This document shows, piece by piece, positions 13,675-27,895 of a DNA stretch of 64,000 nucleotides. Both the position numbers and the translations under genes were made by a program. The stretch spans positions 51,958,001 to 52,022,000 of the forward strand of contig OZ076409.1 in NCBI GenBank assembly GCA_964187785.1, given 5' to 3'. The notes under the pieces are model-generated. The model was given only the letters and a program-made list of their open reading frames with translations, was not told the DNA's origin and did no database searches. Each line of letters begins with the position of its first letter. Positions within the stretch are counted from its first letter, which is position 1. The stretch is from Amphiscolops sp. MND2022 (lineage: Eukaryota).

Positions 13675-14507
13675 GAGTTTGGAAAGTTACAAGTTTCACA
13701 AGAAATAGGGCCTTCCCAAAATGGGTCACCCTGTCCGGCTGAACCACTCATTCAAACACTATCAAACGTGGCATGTATTTGCTAGCGGTTCTACAATAAT
13801 TTTCACTCAAAACACCCTAACCCGTATCTCCCTTTTGTCCCGAGCAATTAACACCGAAAGTTGACCCCATGAAAACCATTTTTTGCTATACATGTTAATA
13901 TTTGATTTTCTCATATGACCTTGAAGAAAATGTTCCTCTGTTGAAAGTAATTTTACTTACATTGTGTAAACATACTTTCTAGCCCACCTGACTAACATGC
14001 CAAAACCAACACATTGTTTGTTTACTTAGCCAATAACATCATATTATGCTCTAAATGTCATTTATTATTACTTACTTTTTTTGCGTTTTTTTTAGAAGAA
14101 TTCTAAACGATATGTATACCAAAATTAGATAGAGACTTTCACGACTGTATAGCTATGGTCAAGTTTGGTCTCCGGACCGCGAGACGTATTAACTTTCCAC
14201 ATCTTTACAACTTTTCGCTAGAGTCAGAGCGAAAAAGTAGCTACTCTCATAGTTGGAGAGCCGGAGCGCGTAAAGATACCGAGCGGGAAGTATGTGCAGG
14301 ATCACATCGGAACCAAGTCAGTGCAAAACGGGATCGCAGGAGATTCCACGGGTCACATCGGACCCTTCAGCCAAAAGATAAAGTCCTTTAAAAACAAGAA
14401 AACCAGTAATTGTTTAGTGACGGTCCACAGCACTAAGCAAAAGATCAGGGCGACGTAAAGCTTGTCGAGCCTCAGCGCATGATAAGGGCAAGAAGGCAGT
14501 CGTTACA
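13675..14507 (+). repeat. BEL 5' LTR (first ~100 bp missing), followed by PBS-like TTTGATCCGACCCGGACAGG
   Basis: Similar to 20655-21495; ends GTTACA at 14507. Confidence 0.85.
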
Positions 14508-16850
14508 TTTGATCCGACCCGGACAGGAAGAAGACGATTCGTTGGTGGACAACTGAGAAGATTGCCTAAGAAAAACAGGTGTCTGAATCTTGGAGTCTGT
14601 GCTATTTTCTCTCTGGGACATTGTTGCTATTGTGTCTCTGGGAGTTTGGGCTAATGTGACTCTGCGCGTTTGTGATTTTGTGACTTTGGGAACTAAGTCC
14701 AATCGAAAAGTGAAGAGTTGGCTCAACCAAAACAGTTTGATATCAACAAAATTGAAAACATTCTGAAGAATTCTGCAGACTAAGCCAAAACGTTGAGTTA
14801 TTGGATTGCAGCTGTCGAGCACGGAAAACCGTCAAAGCAATTGATGAAAAACTAGCGAGCAATGATGACAACAAACAGATAGGAGAGCTCCTGTTACAAC
14901 GAACAGATGCCATAAACAGGCGAGAACGGCTAATTAGGTCAATGGAAAGTGCGATAAAGCTCAAGTATTAATCCCAAATACCCGATGCGTTCGCATACGT
15001 GAAAAGAATCGACGCCGATTTGTTGAGATGCAGCATCAAAACTCTAGCATCCGTAAGATGAAATTGCTGATGTCAGCTTCGCAAGATAAAACGGAAGTCA
15101 GATACTAAACTATTTGACATGCTGCAGCATGTCAAGAGTTGCTTCAAAAGATGTCTGACATCAAAACGCAAAATGAAGCTCTGCTGAAGTCAGGAGACGA
15201 CGGAGCAATTTTGCGAAGTCTTGAAGACGCTAAACAAAGACTAGCAGATGTTCGTGCGAGTGCGGCACTGGACAAATCCGAAAAAAATGGTACATCACCA
15301 CAAACGGTTTCGGAACTTGACGAGCAAAAAGAACTCGATGGTCACAACGCAGATGACAGACAAAAATAAAGAAATGGAGCTAGATCGCTGCAAATAGAAG
15401 AATTGAGCATACGTACGCAAGGTGACGAAACGAGAAACAACAAAACCACCGTGTTTTCGAGAACATCAAGTGTGAGACGAGTGCCTGATTTGGAGCTAAA
15501 AGCTCTGAAGGAACAAGAAGAATTGCAAGCTCCCCTGACGAAACTGAAAAAAATGGAAAAAGCTGACTTGCAAGAAGAGTGGGCCCGCAAAGCTAGAATA
15601 GCCGAGAAATAGAAAAAGCAAAAGTGTCGAGTAGTTGTGGGTCTAACTTCCGAAGTATCTCACTTGTCAGGACTTCTGACGACAATCTGACGAAAGTCTC
15701 AGGAAGGATGGACAACGCAGAAGAAGCTGAAAACGTGGCTCAGCCCATTAACGTGCCATCAGTATATCCCCAAACGTCAGTAGTAAAACCGAGGAAAACA
15801 GTATTATCATTGTATGGAGGACAATGCTCCGTGTAAGCAAGGGACTTGAAATCCTCATTGAAATCGGTCATGCCCACAAAAGCTGCTGTTCGAGAAGTTG
15901 GAAGTGACAGAACAAAAACTGACCATGGTGCTGGCAGTCAAACAACAACAACACAATCAGAAGTGAAGTTCGCTACATCGAAGCCGTCAATGACCCTTAG
16001 TGCAACCGAGAATCAGTTACCGCGTACAGTTGGAGGCATTCCGAGTGGTGCAATTCAAGTACCACAGCTTGTGAACACACAGAAGCAGTATTTGCCAAGT
16101 CAAGTGCCAAACATAGCGACAAATGCAAGAGATGACTACTTCATCAGATCTAGCTTGCCAAAACTGGAGCTGACTGAATTTTCAGGTGACCCAGTGGAGT
16201 GGACAGAGTGGTCACAAGTATTTCAGGCAACCGTCCTCGCAGCCACTATGTACGACAGTGTGAAGATGAATCACTTGGAAACGATGGTAACGCGCAAAGC
16301 CAAAGAGGCTTTTGCTGGTCTGGGGTACACTGCTGAGATGTACATTGTCGCGTGAAACGTTCTAGTTCGAAACTTTGGAAAACCACAAATGGTTGTGAAC
16401 GCTCAGCTGTAGCGAATATACCCCTTTCCACCGATGAAATCTTATGACGGAGCCGCAGTGATCAAGTTTGCGAGAATAGTGTCGAGTTGCGTGAATGTTC
16501 TGGCACAATTCAACTACGTGGAAGACCTAAATTCAGAAGGAGTTCTGGGCAGTGCCACAAGAACGTTAACACTGAACATGAAAACGAAATGAACCTGTAT
16601 CAACTTCGACTCGCTGTGTTCAGTGAGTTGCTCAATGATACAGCAGATGTTCAAAATGAATTGCTTTTTGTCTTCAGACCCGAATGCAGATCGCGCGAAG
16701 TCGAGCTTCAAAGAAAAGGGCAAAGGCTCTACGTTTGCAACATCAGAAACAACCACAGCGAGTGACAATTCGAAGAACCAGCGAGAGTGTGCGCTGAAAG
16801 ACGGCAAACTTCCAATATGGAAATGTGAGAAATTCAAGAACATGCATGTC

Positions 16851-18590
16851 GACCTTGAAAGAAAAGTAACTCTGTTGAAATTAACAAGACGCCCGCTAAG
16901 CACCGTGTTATTTTCTTCCCTTTTCGCCTTCATCACTTGAGCCGTAGCTATTTTGGGAGGGGAGTAGGATCTAATCAATAAGATCTAAAATTTAGTGATT
17001 TAAGATCTTATTCCCTTCAGATTTTTTCCCGTCCTGAAATTTCAGATCTTATTCCCTTTAGATCTTAATCATATTTTTACTGTAGATGTTATTCCCATCT
17101 CAGTATGAAGGATGAAGGCTGAGCAGGGACACTGAGTAAGTGGAGTGGAGTTGTACAAAGTGGAGTTTTGGCAGAATTTGGAAAAAAAACGCAACACAGA
17201 TGATGATTTTGCTCCCCCATTGAAAATGTGGATCAAAAAATGGTAATATTTACATCGTGTAAACATACTTTCTAGCTCACCTGACCAACATGACAAAACC
17301 ACCACAATGTTTGTTTACTTAGCCAATAACTTCATATTATGCTCTAAATGTCATTTATTGTTACTTACATATTTTTATTTTTCTTTAGTGAAGAATTGTA
17401 AACGATATGTATACCAATATTAGATAGAGACCTTTACGACTGAATAGCTATAGTCAAGTTGGGTCTCAGGACCACGAGACGGAATAACTTTCCACATCTT
17501 TACACTTTTTCGCTGGAGTCAGAGCGAAAAAGTAGCTACTCTCATATTTGGAGAGCTGGAGCTCGTAAAGATACCGAGCGGGAAGTTTGAACAGAATCGC
17601 ATCGAGTCCAAGTCAGTTCAAAACGGGATCGCAGGAGATTCCTCGGGTCACATCGGACACATCAGCCAAAAGATACAGTCTTTTAAAAACAAGAAAACCA
17701 GGAAGTGTTTAGTGACGGTCCACAGCACTAAGCAATGGATCAGGGCAGCCGAGAATCAGTGACCGCCTACATTTGAAGGCATTCCGAGTGGTGCATTTCA
17801 AGTACCACAGCTTGTGAACACACAGAAGCAGTATTTGCCAAGTCAAGTGCCAAACATAGCGACAAATGCAAGAGATGACTACTTCATCAGATCTAGCTTG
17901 CCAAAACTGAAGCTGACTGAATTTTCAGGTGACCCAGTGGAGTGGCCAGAGTGGTCACAAGTATTTCAGGCAACCGTCCTTGCAGCCAACATGTACGACA
18001 GTGTGAAGATGAATCACTTGGAAACGATGGTAACGCGCAAAGCCAAAGAGGCTTTTGCTGGTCTGGGGTACACTGCTGAGATGTACATTGTGGCGTGGAA
18101 CGTTCTAGTTTGAAACTTTGGAAAACCACAAATGGTTGTGAATGCTCAGTTGTAGCGAATAAACCCCTTCTCACCGATGAAATCTCATGACGATGCCGCA
18201 GTGATCAAGTTTGCGAGAATAGTGTCGAGTTGCGTGAGTGTTCTGGCACAATTCAACTACGTGGGAGATCTAAACTCAGTAGGAGTTCTGGGCAGTGCCA
18301 CAAGGTAACATTGAACATGAAAATGAAATGAAACTGTATCAACTTGGACTCGCCGTGTTCAGTGAGTGGCTCAATGATACAGCGGATGTTCAAGATGAAT
18401 TGCTTTTGTCTTCAAACCCGAATGCTGATCGCGCAAAGTCGAGCTACAAAGAAAAGGCCAAAGGCTCCACGTTTGCAACATCAGCAACAGCCACAGCGAG
18501 TGGCAATTCGGTGAACCAGCGAGAATGTCCGCTGAAAGACGCCAAACATTCAATATGAAAATGTGAGAATTTCAAGAACATGCTTGTCGA
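16851..18590 (+). repeat. Internal third BEL LTR fragment (16851-17747, with an insert at ~16884-17242) plus duplicated gag segment (17745-18590, similar to 16004-16853)
   Basis: Direct sequence similarity; ORF 17814..18113 repeats the C-terminus of ORF 15846..16355. Confidence 0.88.
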
Positions 18591-20554
18591 TGAAAGAGGA
18601 CAAGAGGCGATAGAACTGAAACTGTGCTCGAAATGTTTGTCAGACGCACATTTGATGAAAATTGCTTTGGCAGACTCTGCGACGTTTACGGGTGCGGTGA
18701 ACTTCATCACCGATTGCTACCATCTAACCTGTCCTGAGAAGCCGTGGTGTGCTTCCAGTCATTGCAGTAACGACAGGGAGTGGGAGCAAAACACTGAAAA
18801 CATTTGCTTTGTGCGACTCTGGAACTAATCTGTCGTTTGTAGACGAGAATCTAACGAAAGTGTTGAATCTGACGGGGCAGCCTGTGGATTTGAATGTTGC
18901 AGGGATTCATGGAACCACAGATATTAGTAGCAAACGACTTCGAGTCAAGATTGGAGATCAAGACGGAAGGTCAAAGAAGATGTCAAAGATGGCCTTTAGT
19001 GATCCCAACGTGAATGCAGGAAATCGAACGTACTACTTCAAGAAATTGAATGAAAGAAACATATCCTCACCTTTCACATTTGAAAGACTACCATCAACTT
19101 AGGAGATGTCAAGGTTATCTTGAGACAGGATTGTTATCTTTTGCATAGAGCAACCAAATATAGAAAATGTGGAAACGCAAAGCCTTGAAGGACGCAAAGC
19201 CCTGAGTGCAAAGGAAGCTGGGATCGATGCTCAGTGAGCCGTTGCTCAACAAAAGACTGTGGAACTCGCAACTGAAAGTCTACTTGCAGCAGAAGGGGAC
19301 CCATTAGCGGATCAAGCGAAAAGTCGATGGAGCAAACAATCGTGTGCTTCCAACCGCAGTGTATCCGAAATAATCAAGGAAAGTACGGAGAACTCACAAG
19401 TTATAATCGTCGTAGAGATCAACTGGCGGGAAGTCAGCACTGAATCCCTCCTCGCGGAACTCAAGGAAGTTTGGCAAGATGAAGTGCACCTAAGTGTGGG
19501 TGCCCATAATATAGTCAAACGACAAGAGAACATGGATTGCTTAATTACAGAAGAAAAGTACATGAAAGTCTGGCAGTTACATCAAACCTTCAAACTTCGG
19601 AAGAATTCTGTGTGACGTTTGATTTGCCGAAACAGAAAACAGATGTCGCCTCTGTACAACAGCAGGTGAAAGAGAAGCAGTCAACTCAATTGAAAACGAT
19701 GAAGCTTTAACTCTTGAAGAGGGAAAAAGTATTCTCGAGTAGAAAAGTTAGTATATTCGTGAATGAGTGTCACTTGAACTTCATGAAGTTTCAAGAAGAA
19801 TAGCGATGTATCGAAGACCCTTCAGTGGTTTGATGGAACGAGACCACCCACCAAAGACAATTAAGTAAGGAAACAAACTCCGTAGATGTGTCATTTGGGA
19901 GAAAACACAGTTTTGAGTTGAAAGAAAAACTGAAGGTCCAAATCATTCAAACGATAGTGAAAATTGGAACAATCGGTTAGGTAAAGGATACTCGGGAGTG
20001 GATGCAGTGGCACAGGCTAAACGTTGCGAGTAAACTCATCTGACCAAAGGCCACAGGAAGCGATTTGAGAAGAGAGCTTGGAAGTTTGAACCTAGCTCAA
20101 ACCTATTACCTAAAATGGACGAAAGAGTTCAATTAAATTCAAATAACATCCTATATGCAAAGATTTTGACAGATGAAATTGCAGACGAAATATCACTGAT
20201 GTGAACGCGAATGGGTTCTTCAAAAGCACGAACAACAACACGTTTTGAAAATGGGCCTTGCATGTGGCCGGGCGCCTCATTGGAAGAAATGATGACGAGA
20301 CTTGAATCTTTTGAAAAATGGAACAAGGAAGATGTTGCACAGCAGGAAGTCAATGATTTGGTCTTGATAGTGAATGAAAATGTGAAAAGAGCACATTACA
20401 AGATGGGTAGAGTGTTGGTAGTCTACCATGGAAGCGATGGGCGAGTGAGCTCAGCGCTGGTGAAATGTGAAGATGGAAAACTGAAACGACCAGTACTGAA
20501 ACTGGCACCCGTGTTCTATGAAAAAGTTTTTCGGGAGAAAAACAGTGCCGGTGA

Positions 20555-21495
20555 TGTTGGCGCCAGTCAATTGCAAGACGAGAAACCAAATTTTGAACGT
20601 GATTGAAGAAAGTCAGAACTCAAAACACTTAGAAACTTTGTCAAGATTTTAATTGGAAAATTACAAGTTTCACCAGAAATAGGGCATCTCTAAAGTGCCC
20701 CCCGTCCGTGTGAACCACTCATTCAATCACCATGAAACTTGGCATGTATATGCTAGAGGTGCTACACTAACGTTTCACTGGATACACCCTACCCCGTATC
20801 TCCCCTGTATCCCGAGCAATTGACACCGAAAGTGACCTAGGTCGGACCCCGAAGAAGCCCATTTTTGCTATACAAGTTTTTTTGTGATTTTCTCATATGA
20901 CCTCAAGGAATTGTAACTCTCTTGAAATTAATAATGTTTACATTGTGTAAACATACTTTCTAGCCCACCTGACCAATATGCCAAAACCACCACATTGTTT
21001 GTTTACTTAGCCAATACTTTCATATTATGTTCTAAATGTCATTTATTTATACAACATCTTTTAATGTGCCTATTTATATTTACTGCAGAATTGTAAACCA
21101 GATTTATACCATCATTAGATAGGGATTTTCACGACTGACTTGCTATAGTCAAACTTGGTCTTAGGACCAAGAAACTACATATTCAACTTCTCAATCTTCA
21201 CAACTTTTCGCTAGAGTCAGAGCGACTAAGTAGCTACTCTCATAGTTGGAGAGCCGGAGCACGTGAAAATACCGTGAGGGAAGTGTGTGACGGATCACAT
21301 CGGATCCAAACAAGTGCAGAGACGATCACCAGGAGATCCTTTGGGTCACATGGGACCCACCAGCCAAAAGACACAGTCCTTTAAAACAAGAAAACCAGGA
21401 TTTGTTTAGTAACGGTCCACAGTACTAAGCAACGGATCAGGGCGGTGTAAAGCTTGTCAAGCCTCAGCGCAGAATAAGGGCAAGCAGCCGTTACA
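20555..21495 (+). repeat. BEL 3' LTR (941 bp)
   Basis: TGTTGGCGCC start after purine-rich GGGAGAAAAACAGTGCCGGTGA; ends CCGTTACA. Confidence 0.85.
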
Positions 21496-21643
21496 GACTC
21501 AATTTTTGATTATGAAGAAATTGTTTGGGATAAGTGCTTGTTTTTATTGTTTAGGAACCAGAGAAACCAAATAAAGGAATCTGTATCACTGAATATTTTT
21601 TGAAGTTATAAGACATATTTGATGGTTCCATTTCCTTCATCAG

Positions 21644-21824
21644 GAATCTGGGTACAGAATTCTTTTGTGCATTCTCTCCAAACATTTGGTCACCCTGTTG
21701 AACTACATTTCTGACCCGGACATAATCAACCAGTTGGTTGTGAAAGCACTTCAGCCGACAAAAGAGCCAGCGACAGTGGTGCATTCGGATAATGTAGCGA
21801 GAAACAATGAAGGACCGACCACAG
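21644..21824 (+). CDS. SNX19-like exon (PXA C-terminus); true acceptor may be 21555 with a stop and a frameshift
   Basis: LLNYISDPDIINQLVV is the PXA SDPDxIN motif; donor ACAG|GTATGT, phase 1. Confidence 0.7.
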
Positions 21825-22046
21825 GTATGTACGTCAGAGTTCTTCAAAACGCTGCAATCATCAATTCCCAGAAGTTGTAAGAGTCGAAAACTATAACAGA
21901 TCTTTGCATTCATCGTTTATAGAATCGTGGTCGAGAATGTTTAGAAAATATTGAGATGACTCCCTGATTATACGGAATTTATTCCTCAAACGATGTCGCT
22001 GTCCATGACAATACGAAAAATTGAAAGTTTCCACATGACATTTTAG

Positions 22047-22221
22047 ATTCGCCTCGAGTGCGGTTGCAGCGAGACAGGAGAACTTTATGCGTGGGGGACC
22101 CTGCATTCCTGTCTGACGCAGTGGGAAGCGGGGCTAGTGATGGCAGTGACAATGACACCTCGATCTCTTCTATTCTCATCGCCGAAACCTCATCCCCTAA
22201 TCGGACTCAAGCCCGAAACAG
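22047..22221 (+). CDS. SNX19-like linker exon
   Basis: TTTTAG acceptor, phase 1, in frame with the previous exon (DSPRVRLQRDRR...); donor is a non-canonical AG|GC. Confidence 0.55.
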
Positions 22222-22502
22222 GCAGATACGACAGCACTAAATTGGTCCGTTATCCAAAACGACCGACAACTTTAACCTCCACTTTGCTGATTAAACCCTA
22301 GTCTGACTAAATTGGTTCTTAAAACAGACCTTTGATCACTTTGGAACTTAAGAAATCTAATAGGCTTCAAAAAGGACTAACTTTGATAAAAAAACTTTTG
22401 CCGTTGAATATTCGAAAGTTTTTGAACGAAGGATCAAGATTGAAAATCTATTTTTTGTACCCCTCCCCAGTTGCACGCCTGGAACAAACTCATTAAGGGA
22501 TA

Positions 22503-23810
22503 AGGTGTGTAACAGCAAAATCAGAATTTTTTCGACTTCTGTTTGTCAACAAACTAGCTTCCGGAAAATTGAACAAACTAGCTAACTCAATCTCTTTCAT
22601 ACTAGACCAAAGAATACTTGAGGGTAATATGAAAACTCGGATAACCAATCAATTCTCTGAAGAGGAGTCTAGAAATATCATCCATAAATTTTTTTAAAAA
22701 AATCCATCAATGAAGAAAAAAGACAGGGTAGAAAAGTTCAAAAAGTTCAGGTTTTCGAAGACGTGCATTTACAATTTACTCGCGAAACTCGAGCATATCA
22801 ATGACGATACTCCCTCTCTCACGTCAAGTGGGCAGCGTAGGCCACAATGAGATATTATCAGTACAAAATGAGGTCCGAATTGAAATGGACTTCAACCACC
22901 AAACGGGAAAATCTCAGAACAAATTGTCGGAAAAATTCAAAGTTTCGCCCATGACAATCAACCGACCTCTCAAAAAACTGGACATCAAGTACCGTGAAAG
23001 AGCGCTGTATCCTAAGGCCTCAAATTATCAAATCCAACGCATCAAAGACCTGGCCAAAAACAAAAATTAAAAACACAATAAAAACCTATCAAAATCGTAA
23101 TGCATGACGAAAGCTATTTCACTTTTTCTGGGTGCAAACTGCCTTCAAACGAGGGACTTTATTCATCAAATGTCGATCAAACACCTCGGGAAACCAAACA
23201 GTATCCTACTAAGGAATATGAATGAAAAATATTGATAAAATTCGCAGTTTCCAACTTCGAACATTCGTGACATCCTTTGTATCGTTTTACAAAGTCCTGT
23301 TCACGTAGCAGAAAAAGGAGAAACGATGAACAAAGAACGCTACCAGTCTATTCTCAAGTCGCATTCCTTACCGTTCCTTGATATACAATGGCCGTCGTGA
23401 TAACTATTCGGCGTTCAATATATGACGTTCAAACTTGGTTAACTTCGGAGAACGTCGAGTTTGTGAAACGTGAAAACAACCCTCCAAACTGTCCCCAGCT
23501 GAGACCTATTCAACATTTTTTGGTCTATTCTTAAATAATTGGTATACGAAAACGATTTTCAAGCAACTTCAATAGATGATTTGATCCAAAGAATCAAACA
23601 TTGTGTCAAGAAGGTAGATGATGAGCTCATCGAAAAGATGATAAACAAAGTACCCCAGAAGATACAAAAAAAAATCACCCTTCTTCAATTGGTTGCCAAC
23701 CCTGGTCCTACATCTTTTTGTTAGAATAACTCTGTTTTTTTGTCTTGAGTTGACAATTGATCACTGTTATAATGCGTTTAATTTTTTCCTAATTTTGCTG
23801 TTACACACCA
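22503..23810 (+). mobile_element. IS630-Tc1-mariner element, DD37E-type, transposase pseudogene
   Basis: TIR GGTGTGTAACAGCAAAAT / ATTTTGCTGTTACACACC; TA TSD at 22501-22502 and 23811-23812; IVMHDESYFTFSG (~23094) and NPPNCPQLRPIQ (~23478); stops and frameshifts. Confidence 0.92.
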
Positions 23811-23948
23811 TAAAAAATTTGGTCCACAAAATGTAAAGTATTGTTCTGAAGCAATATGTTTTTTCAGCAATGATTTCAGTGGTTCATAGATTGTTTTTTT
23901 CATTCCAAACTAAATCAACTCCTATTTTGATTGGTCGAAACTGCCTGA

Positions 23949-24174
23949 GGCGACAGTGCTTCGCTGTCCTTTATGGACCAACCGACTGGTGCCCTAAGAT
24001 CCAAGGTGCAGAGCTCTTTTGGCAGACTGGCGAACAAATTCTCCAACAATGGGCGCAAACGACAGATTCTTCAGAGGGCTCTGACTGTACACGAGAAGAC
24101 AGGAGGGAAGATATCCGAGAGAGCGACTTATTTCAAAAACAAATTCAGTCGAAGAAGGAGCAGTTTACCCGCAG
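23949..24174 (+). CDS. Probable SNX19-like linker exon, 5' part disrupted
   Basis: Open frame GDSASLSFMDQPTGALRSK...RRSSLPA ending at strong donor CAG|GTATGA (phase 1); upstream acceptor 23868 is out of frame and has stops. Confidence 0.4.
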
Positions 24175-27100
24175 GTATGATCATCGATTAATCTTTCAAA
24201 TTCCCATTAGCATCTGAGAAGATGATTATGATAATGCATTATTGTTGTATGATTCAATAAATTTTTGGAAGATGACAACATAGATCACTTCGCATTGGTC
24301 GAACATCCGCATAAAAGCTTCAAATTTTTGCCCATTAGTTTTTTTCAGCATTCCTTGTTTTTAAAAGTCAATTGCGTAATCAACGGTATGAAAAAAGTTA
24401 TCGATAAGTTACTAAGGATTCTTTATTCTTGTAAGGATTTTCGACGATTGAAGGTAGTGGATTCGAATCCCATTAAGATCACGCTTTTTCGAAAGTTCTT
24501 CAGCTAGGCTTTCAGAACTCAACTTCGAAGAAAAAATTTTTTTGAAGCTTTCACCTTGTTTGTTGAAATTCGTTTTAAATACGCGTTTTCAAGAGCCTGG
24601 AAAATCTTCGTTTGAACTTTTTCATCATAGAATATTTCATTGAAATACAATATTGTGATGGAGCTTCATGTGACTGGATAACAGTTTTTGAATATTTCAT
24701 TTATGTTTAGCTTATCTAACACAGATCCAAAGGGTCATCCTTTGTTAGAAATCAGCGGTTTTAGTTATAAATCTTTTGCGGTAATTCAGCAATGTCAACG
24801 TTCATTCATCATAGTTTGTTACATTCAGTCTACATAATAATGTCTATAATTCATTGAGAGCAGGGAATGTCTGACCAGTAAAGGCAAAGTAGAAACAAAA
24901 GTCGTGAATGAGGAATTCATCATGAAGTTGATTGATATTGCAAAGTTCATTGATAAATTCATTGATAAAATCCATTGTGTCATTCGTGATATCCTTCGTA
25001 TCGTTTTAGTTGGTGTTGTTTTTTCTAAAAATAAAAAGGGGTCGTCTAAAGTCGACACCCCGCTTAAAGATCAAACAGCGGAAAGTCTTGCAGAAATGCC
25101 AAGGATGGCTATCAAGAAACCTTCATACCTTCAAGAGTGGCAAAGGTATCCCAAAAGACTACCTATGGCCTCGAAAAAGATTTTTTCCCATGGAAAACAT
25201 CAAAAAGTGCTCAAAGTGGTTTTTAAAAATTTAAAGAAATTGCAGAGTACCAAAAAACAAAGGGTTCACGCCCCCTCTCTGACACGTCAAGGTTGGCAAA
25301 GGAAGATATTATGTCCAAAACAGGAATCGAACAGCCTGCCGTCTGCTTGGGAAACGACGATCCTAATTACTGGCGGCGTGAACAATCTGTATTCAAAAAG
25401 TTGACACTACGATTGCATTCTGTGGTCTAACAAAAAATATTGTATACTTTAATAGTCGTGCACATTTTTTTTTCAAAATGCGTCGACGGAAAAGCAGGAA
25501 AACTTGTGATGCGCTCGAGCTAAGACCAAATAATATACCATCCATGCACCTTGCCCGGTCTGGACCAGCCATGTGCAATTTTCGGAAAACGTTCAAACTC
25601 AACGATCATTGAATTCGCTATAGACCTTGTCTGACAATTCATGGACATCCTTTTGGAAAAAACACTCGGAGATATTCTAGAACCTAAAAACAGAAACTTA
25701 GAAAAATGAAATGCAATTATGGCAAAACCACACAATTTGGCAAAAAATAAGAACATTGATTCTTTCAGGTCTACTTTTTGGGGAGTCTTGCGAATGATTG
25801 GAAATTAAAGGTCCAAACATCTGATTATGACACTACTGTAGTTGTTTTTCCAAATTCCAATTTCTGATAAACTCCTCTTGTCTCAGCGGCAAAATCCACA
25901 CTGCAAAAACACACCATAAAGACACAAAAATCTAACATTCAACTTTTGTAACTGGATTGCTCTCCATTCCTGATTCTCAGCCAACCATTGGCTCTTCTGA
26001 TCCAATCTGGCCAACATATGAGCAAAATCGCAAAAGTACACCTTGATTTAGAGCTTCTCTAATTCAGACAGCTAAAATAGTAATGTCTATCTTCGAAGAT
26101 GAAACCATGTTAGTAAATATGTGCGAGTTTTCATCTAAAATTGTTCTACAATTCTATTGACTGCGAAGGTAGGAATATCAATAGACCAATCTTAGCTGTC
26201 ATTGGATTTCAAACTGACACCACTTAAATCAGTTCCATCCCTAATCATTCCTGGACCATGGATGGAAAGCCTTGGAGTCTCTGTGCAGGAGTGGTTTGAG
26301 TCTGTCTTTGGAGGCAGCAGATCTCCGTGACTCCACTCGTACTGACACTTCAGCGGATTAAAAGACATCTTAGTCTAACTCGACTATTCGAAGAGGACAT
26401 GAAGGATGAAAGTAGCTCTTATAATGATTGGTCACAGATGATTCGGAACTTTTCAAGCCCTCACCAGTCTTGGTGCAGTCCTTGTGAGAAGTTGAGAAAT
26501 ATGTTGGTTTTGCTTTATGATTGATGCTCTCTTGCAATTGGTTATCAACATAAAAATTTGGAATTTCAGTTTCAGTTATCCTGGTGGTGAGGATGCGATG
26601 CTCCGAGCACCAAAGTCCGTGTGCAATTTACTGTTTTTCCAAAGTTCTTGAATTTTCGTTGGCCAATGAGATTTCTATGACTGGTACGACCTGGTCCAGG
26701 ACTTGAAGGATGAAAATGGCCCTTGTAAGGACTAATCACACACTCGAAACTTTTCAACTTTTTAAGTTTACTGAAAGCTCGTTAGAGTCTCAAAAATGAT
26801 TCTATGAATTCTCAAAATTAAACACTCTAAAATGGTTTTTTCAACTAGTTTTCTCTTCTACATAACGTCAAATATCTATCTGACTTCTCGATTTTGGTAT
26901 CTTTGAAAATCGGTTTGTTTAGCAAAGAATTTTGTTGGTGTGTTTTCTTGTTACCATGTTTCTTGATATATTTTGTTGGTTTCAAGCATAATCAGTAATG
27001 ACGCTATTCACCCACAAATGAACCAGAAGTTTTATCGAAATGACGTTCTTGTCTACTGCCATGAATTACCGATTTTTGTCTAGGAAACTCAGCCAGGCAT

Positions 27101-27895
27101 AGAAGGATTTCCTCGTTGATATTTCAGTGACAAGGTTGTATAAACATTCCACCAAAATTCAAGTCAAAATCCATCAAATTCGTCGGACTTTGTTTGTTGC
27201 AATTTTTCAATATCACCATGGATGCTTAATTACTTTTTGTCTTCTTGTTGCGAAGTTTCAGTGTCTTCAATATTTTCTAAATCTAGTTTATTTAATGTGA
27301 GCTAGTTATAAATTTCTTTTTTTTTGAAAGTGGTGGAAATTATTTGTGGAATTCTAATAGATTCGTTTTATTTGTTTGCTTTGAAAATGTTTCTGGTAAA
27401 ATATTTGACTGAATAGTCTTTCCTAACAAAAATATACTTTGATTTTGGGACCTTTAGGTACTTTTGTGTTGGGACCATATGTCGATGTAGTAACCTTTAT
27501 TCATTCAGTGGCGGGTATCCACAATGTTACTTTTATAATTTTTTAATCAGCGAAAATCTCGGCAAAGTAATTCGATGCGATAAATACGGCAAAGGCACTG
27601 TTCTGTTCTACAATTTTCTAGGCCAAGAGAAAAGATTATATTTAAACAAAGTCTCTATTGCTAGCAACTGTATTCTTCTACAACAAACAATAATGTAGTT
27701 TTTGATTAAGTACTTCTTTTCTAGTCTTCTAGACAGTAGATGAACCAAAACTCTGTAGTGGTCAGAAACCGGATTGAACCGTATATGACAGGCACCGCGC
27801 CTCTTGTTGATGGTATATTGAGATTTTAAATTCTTTTTATTCATTTTCTGCAATCATTGATCGATTTTTTTTCTTTCGTATCAATATTTTAACAG

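Larger units (their letters stand above)
13675..21495 (+). mobile_element. Decayed BEL/Pao LTR retrotransposon with internal rearrangement
   Basis: Gag LPKLELTEFSGDPVEW (DUF1759-like), protease KTFALCDSGTNLSF, C-terminal DLVLIV..MGRV..GSDGRV..LKRPVLKLAP (DUF5641-like); direct LTR repeats at both ends. Confidence 0.92.
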
